From contig NC_007493.2 of NCBI RefSeq assembly GCF_000012905.2, positions 930,001 to 962,000 on the forward strand: 32,000 nt of DNA, given 5' to 3'. A model generated the notes under the pieces. That model searched no databases, had not been told where the DNA came from, and saw only the letters and a program-made list of their open reading frames with translations. Below are positions 27,236 through 32,000 of the stretch, one piece after another. The position numbers and the translations under genes are program-made. The DNA comes from Cereibacter sphaeroides 2.4.1. GTDB taxonomy: Bacteria > Pseudomonadota > Alphaproteobacteria > Rhodobacterales > Rhodobacteraceae. How positions within the stretch are numbered: position 1 is the stretch's first letter; each line of letters opens with the position of its first letter.

Positions 27236-27700
27236 ATGGAGATGCTTGCGAACCTTCCGATGATCGGCCTTGCCGCGGGGTTGGCCGCGGCCCTCGCGCT
27301 ACCCGCCGGCGCCGCGAACTACGAGATCGCCATGGTCCATAACGGCTCGACCGGCGCCAAGGCCTTCGAGCCCGCCTTCATCCAGGCGAAGGTCGGCGAT
27401 ACCGTGACCTTCCTGCCCGTCGAGAAGGGCTTCAATGCGGAGATCATCCCGGGGATGCTGCCGCTCGGCGCGCGCGGCTTCCGCGGCGAGATGAACCGCC
27501 CCGTGACCATCACCCTCACGCAGGAGGGAGTCTGGGGCGTGAAGAGCATGCCCTATTACGGCATGGGCATGGTGGCGCTGATTCAGGTGGGCGCGCCCCT
27601 CAATCTCGAGGAGGCGATGTCCGTGCCGCAGCCGGCGCGGGCCGAAGCGCGGCTCGAGCCGCTCTTCGCGCAGGTGCTGCAGAATTACGAGGCGAACTGA
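27236..27700 (+). CDS. Pseudoazurin-like cupredoxin-fold protein lacking three of four type-1 Cu ligands, 154 aa with signal peptide
   Basis: ATG at 27236 with AAAGGA upstream. Signal peptide MEMLANLPMIGLAAGLAAALALPAGA. The mature part aligns by eye with pseudoazurins (FEPAF, GDTVTF.P..KG.N.E, GVK..P.YGMGMV..QVG). Confidence 0.8.
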   Translation: MEMLANLPMIGLAAGLAAALALPAGAANYEIAMVHNGSTGAKAFEPAFIQAKVGDTVTFLPVEKGFNAEIIPGMLPLGARGFRGEMNRPVTITLTQEGVWGVKSMPYYGMGMVALIQVGAPLNLEEAMSVPQPARAEARLEPLFAQVLQNYEAN

Positions 27701-27710
27701 CGCCTCGGAC

Positions 27711-27768
27711 GCCGCGGCGCTCCCTCGTCCGCGGCCGGAAGTCCCGGCCCTCCCTCGGCCGGGACTTC
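27711..27768 (+). ncRNA. Two tandem GC-rich hairpins with identical CUCCCUC loop cores (3'-UTR element, terminator or candidate sRNA)
   Basis: Hairpin 1: GCCGCGG-(CGCTCCCTCGT)-CCGCGGC, 27711..27735. Hairpin 2: GAAGTCCCGGCC-(CTCCCTC)-GGCCGGGACTTC, 27738..27768, a 12-bp perfect stem. The pair begins 11 nt after the cupredoxin stop. No U-tract. Confidence 0.35.
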
Positions 27769-27785
27769 TACCTGCGGGTCGCGAT

Positions 27786-27901
27786 GCGTTCGGCACCCCG
27801 CCGTGTCCCGGGATGGAGGTGGCGGCCGGGGCCCCGGCCGCCGATCCCCGGCGGCTCCTTCCTGGGGGCCGGGACGCGCTCGGCGCCCCGCCATGTCCCG
27901 G
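27786..27901. repeat. Imperfect 26-nt direct repeat (23/26 identical) at 90-nt spacing, flanking a perfect 22-bp palindrome
   Basis: GCGTTCGGCACCCCGCCGTGTCCCGG (27786..27811) versus GCGCTCGGCGCCCCGCCATGTCCCGG (27876..27901). The palindrome GGCGGCCGGGGCCCCGGCCGCC is at 27821..27842. A degenerate third copy lies around 27973..27994. Confidence 0.7.
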
Positions 27902-28169
27902 AGCCGGGGCTGTTCTGCCCGAAAGGACCTAGCGGATGGCCGGCCGTTTCTCCCTTGAGAAGCGGCAGGGGCGCGATGCGGCGCCCCGTCCGGGCCCGCG
28001 GTTCGCGGCGGTGAGGCCGTGATGCAGTCTTCTGTCCGGCCGTTGCCGGAGAGGCGGCGAAGACCGAACGCGGTCCCGCGCCCGGACCTGCCGGGCCGCG
28101 AGGGTGCGATCCCCGCGTTCGACGGCGGTTGTCGGGATCCGAGCCGTGAGGGCGCGACGGACGGGCTGT

Positions 28170-28190
28170 CCCGGCGGGCTTTCCGCCGGG
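28170..28190 (-). terminator. Hairpin 8 nt downstream of the MORN gene stop
   Basis: CCCGGCGG-GCTTT-CCGCCGGG, an 8-bp perfect stem. Confidence 0.45.
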
Positions 28191-28197
28191 GGCCGGT

Positions 28198-29703
28198 TCA
28201 GTCGGCGGTGGAGGCCTCGGCGGGGGGCGTGGCATCCTCGGCCGGGGCGGGAGCCTCCCCGGCGGGGGCCTCGGCGGCAGGCTCGGCGAGGATCCCGTCC
28301 TTCCATTCGCCCGCGCTCTCCTGACCCGTGGCATAGCGCATCACGCCCTGGCCCTGCCGCTTGCCGGCCTTGAAGGTGCCTTCGTAGACGTCGCCGTTGG
28401 CGTAGGTGGCGATGCCCTCGCCGTCGATCTCGCCCGCCTTCCAGCCGCCCTTGTAGCGGAAGCCGTCGGCCATCACGATCTCGCCCTCTCCCTCGCGCTG
28501 GCCGCGCACGAACTGGCCGGTATAGACCGTGCCGTCGGCATAGGTGGCCGTGCCCCGGCCGTGGCGCTGGCCCTCGACCCAGTCGCCCTCGTAGCGGTAG
28601 CCGTCGGGATAGGTCATGACGCCCTGCCCATGGTTCTTGGCGGCATGGAACTGGCCTTCGTAGACGAGGCCGTTGGCATAGGTGGCGGTGCCGCGCCCCT
28701 CGATCACGCCGTCCTTCCAGTCACCCTCGTAGGTCGAGCCGTCGGGATAGGTGATCTTGCCGCGCCCCTCGGGCTGGTCCTCGTGGAACCGGCCCACATA
28801 GACCGAGCCGTCGGGATAGGTGACGCGGCCCTGACCCTCGATCCGGCCCTCGACCCAGGCGCCTTCGTAGACATAGCCGTCGGTGCCGCGGAAGGTGCCC
28901 TGCCCGTGGCGCCGGTCGGCATGGAACTCGCCTTCGTAGACATCGCCGTTCTTGTGGGTGACCTTGCCGCGGCCCTCGCGCTGGCCGTCCTTGAGCGGGC
29001 CCTCGTAGATGTCGCCATTGGGCTGGGTGAGCCTGCCCGTGCCGTTGATCTGACCATTGTCCCAGGCGCCCACATAGACGAGCCCGTCGGGCATGGTGAG
29101 CGTGCCCTGGCCCTGACGCTGGCCCTTGACCAGATCGCCCTCGTAGATCGCGCCGTCGGGATAGGTGATCTTGCCCCGGCCCTCCTTGACGCCCTCGACC
29201 CAGTCGCCCTCGTAGCGGTAGCCGCCGGGGTTCTCGAGTACGCCCCTGCCGTGGTGGACGGCATTGCGGAACTGGCCGGTATAGACCGAGCCGTTGGCAT
29301 AGCGCGCCACGCCCTCGCCGGTCATCTGCCCGCCGGCCCAGTCGCCCTCGTAGGTGCCGCCGTCCGAGAAGGTGATCTTGCCCCGCCCCTCGGGCTTGCC
29401 CGCGACGAAGGCGCCCTCGTAGACCGAGCCGTTGGGAAACCGGGCGCGGCCCTCTCCGCGGATCTCGCCATCGGTCCAGTCGCCGGAATATTCGTAGCCG
29501 TTGGGCAGCCGGTAGGTGCCCGTCCCGTGCTGGAGGCCGTTGCGGAACGTGCCCTCGTAGACCGAGCCGTCGTCATACTGCTTGGTCGTCACCGCGCCCG
29601 GATCCTGCGCGAGGACCGCCGGGGCCCCCAGTGCCGCTCCAAGTGCCACGGCGGCCAGACCGTGTCTTCTGGCCCGTCCGATCCGTTCCTTCGTCTTCCG
29701 CAT
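28198..29703 (-). CDS. Secreted MORN-repeat protein, 501 aa (19 tandem 23-residue repeats)
   Basis: Track ORF 28198..30003 trimmed to the ATG at 29703, with AGGAA upstream. Signal peptide ...GAPAVLA/QD. The repeated unit is YxGxWxxGxxxGxGxxxxxxG, and there is an Ala/Pro/Glu-rich C-terminal tail. Confidence 0.88.
   Translation of the reverse strand: MRKTKERIGRARRHGLAAVALGAALGAPAVLAQDPGAVTTKQYDDGSVYEGTFRNGLQHGTGTYRLPNGYEYSGDWTDGEIRGEGRARFPNGSVYEGAFVAGKPEGRGKITFSDGGTYEGDWAGGQMTGEGVARYANGSVYTGQFRNAVHHGRGVLENPGGYRYEGDWVEGVKEGRGKITYPDGAIYEGDLVKGQRQGQGTLTMPDGLVYVGAWDNGQINGTGRLTQPNGDIYEGPLKDGQREGRGKVTHKNGDVYEGEFHADRRHGQGTFRGTDGYVYEGAWVEGRIEGQGRVTYPDGSVYVGRFHEDQPEGRGKITYPDGSTYEGDWKDGVIEGRGTATYANGLVYEGQFHAAKNHGQGVMTYPDGYRYEGDWVEGQRHGRGTATYADGTVYTGQFVRGQREGEGEIVMADGFRYKGGWKAGEIDGEGIATYANGDVYEGTFKAGKRQGQGVMRYATGQESAGEWKDGILAEPAAEAPAGEAPAPAEDATPPAEASTAD
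28291..29577 (-). repeat. 69-bp-period coding tandem repeat (MORN units) inside the CDS
   Basis: The conserved aromatic residue of the YEG motif falls at residues 49+23k for k=0..18, with no indels. The copies are diverged at the DNA level. Confidence 0.85.
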
Positions 29704-29884
29704 CCGTTCCTGCCCCGTTCGCCGACTGCTCCGCCCTGCTGGCATGATGCTGGCCGGGCGGGAGCCTAGAGGCTGGCCCTCCGGCTGACAAGCGCATCGG
29801 CCGCTATCGCCTTTCCCTTGCCCGGCAGTCTGGTAGAAGACAAGCCAAACCCGCGTGAGCCGGGACCCCGACGGATCGGAGACC

Positions 29885-31549
29885 ATGACAGAACGCTTCC
29901 GCCTGACCCTCGCGCAGCTCAATCCGACGGTGGGCGATCTTGCCGGAAATGCGGCGCTGGCCCGCCGGGCGTGGGACGAGGCGCGCGCCGCCGGGTCGGA
30001 CATGCTGGCCCTGACCGAGATGTTCGTGACGGGCTATCAGACGCAGGATCTGGTGCTGCGGCGGGCCTTCGTCGAGGAGGCGATGGCCACGATCGAGCGG
30101 CTGGCCGCCGACTGCGCCGAGGGGCCGGCCATCGGCATCGGCGGGCCCTGCCTCGAGGACGGGCGGCTGATGAATGCCTACTGGGTGCTGGAGGGCGGCC
30201 GGGTCAGCGCCCGCGTGTTCAAGCACCATCTGCCCAATGCCGAAGTGTTCGACGAGAAGCGGGTCTTCTCGTCCGGCGAGGTGCACGGGCCCTGCCGGGT
30301 GGGGCCCTTGCGCATCGGCATTCCGATCTGCGAGGACAGCTGGCACCCGGATGTCTGCGAGACGCTGGCCGAGACCGGGGCCGAGATCCTTCTGGTGCCG
30401 AACGGCTCGCCCTATCACCGCGAGAAGCTGGATGTGCGGGTGAACCTGATGGTCACGCGGGTGGTCGAGACCGGGCTGCCGCTCGTCTATCTCAACATGG
30501 TGGGCGGGCAGGACGATCAGGTGTTCGACGGCGCCTCCTTCGTGCTCAATCCGCACGGGCGGCTGATGGCCCAGCTTCCGGCCTTCGAGGAGGCGCTCGT
30601 CCATGTCGATTTCGAGGCGGCGGACGAGGGCTGGCGGGCGCTGCCCGCGCCCATCGTGGCCCAGCCCGACCTCTGGGAGGCCGACTATCACGCGATGGTG
30701 CTGTCGCTGCGCGATTATCTGGGCAAGAGCGGCTTTTCGCGCGTGCTTCTGGGGCTGTCGGGCGGGATCGATTCCGCTCTGGTTGCAGCCATCGCCGCCG
30801 ATGCGCTGGGCCCCGAGGCCGTGCGCTGCGTGATGCTGCCCTCGCGCTTCACCTCGCAGGCCTCGCTCGAGGATGCCGCGGCGGTGGCCCGCGCCCTCGG
30901 CTGCCGTCTGGACGAGGTGGGGATCGGGGGGCCGCAGGAGGCGGTGGGGGCGGCGCTCGGGCCGCTCTTCGAAGGCACCGAGCCCGGCATCACCGAGGAG
31001 AACATCCAGAGCCGCCTGCGGGGCCTTCTGCTCATGGCGCTGTCGAACAAGTTCGGCGAGATGCTCCTGACCACCGGCAACAAGTCCGAGGTGGCGGTGG
31101 GCTACTGCACGATCTACGGCGACATGAACGGGGGCTACAATCCGATCAAGGATCTCTACAAGACCCGGGTGTTCCAGATGTGCCGCTGGCGCAACGGCCA
31201 CCACCGCCCCTGGATGAAGGGGCCCGAGGGCGAGGTGATCCCGCCGCGGGTGATCGACAAGCCGCCCTCGGCCGAGCTGCGCGAGGACCAGAAGGATGAG
31301 GACAGCCTGCCGCCCTATGCCACGCTCGACGCGATCCTCGAAGGGCTCGTGGACCGCGAGGAGGGTGTGGCCGAGCTGGTGGCGCGGGGCTTCGAGCGCG
31401 AGACGGTGGCGCGGATCGAGCGGCTGATCCTCGGCAGCGAATGGAAGCGCTTCCAGTCGGCGCCGGGGACGCGGCTCACGCGGCGGGCCTTCTGGCTCGA
31501 CCGGCGCTATCCGATGGTGAACCGCTGGCGGGATGCGGGCGGCGCCTGA
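29885..31549 (+). CDS. nadE: Glutamine-dependent NAD+ synthetase (N-terminal CN-hydrolase domain + NAD synthetase domain), 554 aa
   Basis: ATG at 29885 with GGAGA SD. MTERFRLTLAQLNPTVGDLAGN... (nitrilase-like), ICEDSW (catalytic Cys context), and LGLSGGIDSALVAAIA (PP-loop SGGxDS). Confidence 0.93.
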   Translation: MTERFRLTLAQLNPTVGDLAGNAALARRAWDEARAAGSDMLALTEMFVTGYQTQDLVLRRAFVEEAMATIERLAADCAEGPAIGIGGPCLEDGRLMNAYWVLEGGRVSARVFKHHLPNAEVFDEKRVFSSGEVHGPCRVGPLRIGIPICEDSWHPDVCETLAETGAEILLVPNGSPYHREKLDVRVNLMVTRVVETGLPLVYLNMVGGQDDQVFDGASFVLNPHGRLMAQLPAFEEALVHVDFEAADEGWRALPAPIVAQPDLWEADYHAMVLSLRDYLGKSGFSRVLLGLSGGIDSALVAAIAADALGPEAVRCVMLPSRFTSQASLEDAAAVARALGCRLDEVGIGGPQEAVGAALGPLFEGTEPGITEENIQSRLRGLLLMALSNKFGEMLLTTGNKSEVAVGYCTIYGDMNGGYNPIKDLYKTRVFQMCRWRNGHHRPWMKGPEGEVIPPRVIDKPPSAELREDQKDEDSLPPYATLDAILEGLVDREEGVAELVARGFERETVARIERLILGSEWKRFQSAPGTRLTRRAFWLDRRYPMVNRWRDAGGA

Positions 31550-31561
31550 GACCCGCGTCGT

Positions 31562-31582
31562 GCGGGGGCTGCGCGCCCCCGC
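31562..31582. terminator. Hairpin in the convergent nadE / PfkB-kinase gap
   Basis: GCGGGGGC-TGCGC-GCCCCCGC, an 8-bp perfect stem 13 nt after the nadE stop. Confidence 0.4.
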
Positions 31583-31654
31583 CGCCCGGCCGGGGGCCGG
31601 GCTCCCCCGCGGGATATTTGGACCAGACTGAAAGGGAGAGGGCGCCGCGCGGGC

Positions 31655-32000
31655 TCAGAGGGCCGTCGCGGCGGCGGAGGGCAGGAGGCGCGCCACATCC
31701 TCGGGATGGCAGAGTTCGGTCGCCTCGGTGAGGACGGCCGCCGCGGCGCCGGCCACGCCATGGGCCAGCGCCTCCTCCGGCGGGGCGCCCCGCGAGAGGG
31801 CGAGGACGAAGGCGCCGACGAACGTGTCGCCCGCACCCACCGCGCTCACCACCTCGACCGGTTCGGAGCGGGCGTGCCAGCGGCCGCGGGCATCGGCGAG
31901 GACCGATCCGTCGGCGCCGCGGGCGACGATCACGCACTCGGCCACGCCGCGGGCCACGAGGCTTGAGGCGAAATCGGCCGTTTCGGAGGCGCAGGCGAGG
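31655..32000 (-). CDS. PfkB-family carbohydrate/phosphosugar kinase, C-terminal part; the 5' end lies beyond the right edge of the window
   Basis: ...VVSAVGAGDTFVGAFVLALSRG...AHGVAGAAAAV... is the PfkB C-terminal GAGD signature. The reading frame stays open from 31957 to the window edge (…LACASETADFASSLVARGVAE…). Confidence 0.75.
   Translation of the reverse strand, partial: LACASETADFASSLVARGVAECVIVARGADGSVLADARGRWHARSEPVEVVSAVGAGDTFVGAFVLALSRGAPPEEALAHGVAGAAAAVLTEATELCHPEDVARLLPSAAATAL

Noticed and set aside
27784-28324. ORFs 27784..28014 (+), 28019..28324 (+), 27768..28334 (-) and 27929..28306 (-) in the long intergenic region
   Set aside because: The products are Arg/Pro/Gly-rich, with no convincing SD. 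The apparent internal peptide repeat (RSAPRRVP / RSAPRHVP) only reflects the 26-nt DNA repeat. 28019..28324 also overlaps the end of the MORN gene.
28561-29769. 402-aa + strand ORF, and the possibility that the periodic DNA at 28291..29577 is a CRISPR or satellite array
   Set aside because: The 69-bp periodicity comes from 23-codon MORN repeats translated on the minus strand. The units are diverged, contiguous with no spacer architecture, and lie in one continuous ORF with a signal peptide. The + ORF is their antisense shadow.
29804-31204. 466-aa minus-strand ORF and 493-aa + ORF (29818..31299)
   Set aside because: These are an antisense frame and an off-frame reading of nadE, whose frame starting at 29885 has nitrilase and PP-loop motifs.

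Overview
High-GC (roughly 68-70%) chromosomal core segment. The GroEL sequence and gene order look like Rhodobacterales, possibly Cereibacter/Rhodobacter sphaeroides, but this is recognition from memory and was not searched. I found no rRNA, tRNA, CRISPR array, transposase, integrase or phage genes. Gene order from left to right: ppaC (partial, -), TraB/GumN (-), CIRCE-controlled groES-groEL (+), SH3-like secreted protein (-), 2-hydroxyacid dehydrogenase (+), aldo/keto reductase (+), small Cys-rich secreted protein (+). Next comes a ~9 kb minus-strand catabolic cluster: FGase-family amidohydrolase, TRAP dctQ-dctM-dctP, glutamine-synthetase-like ligase, aldehyde dehydrogenase, Fe-alcohol dehydrogenase and FAD oxidoreductase, with a divergent RpiR/MurR regulator (+). 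After that: rodA-mrdA-mreD-mreC-mreB (-), an acyltransferase_3 membrane protein (+), leuA (-), a pseudoazurin-like cupredoxin (+), a 19-repeat secreted MORN protein (-), glutamine-dependent nadE (+) and a partial PfkB-family kinase (-). Many very long ORFs in the supplied track (up to 1313 aa) are antisense or off-frame shadows typical of high-GC DNA, and I rejected them. The most interesting items are: (1) the Puu/Pau-like gamma-glutamylation operon with non-canonical parts and an unknown substrate; (2) a clear pseudoazurin homologue that has lost 3 of its 4 type-1 copper ligands; (3) an unusually long, structured and repeat-rich ~500 bp convergent intergenic region just downstream of it, including two strong hairpins with identical CUCCCUC loops; (4) two small uORFs upstream of leuA, one ending in four consecutive Leu codons; (5) a MORN protein whose 19 repeats keep a perfect 23-residue register. 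All functional calls rest on motif and family recognition by eye. No database search was run.
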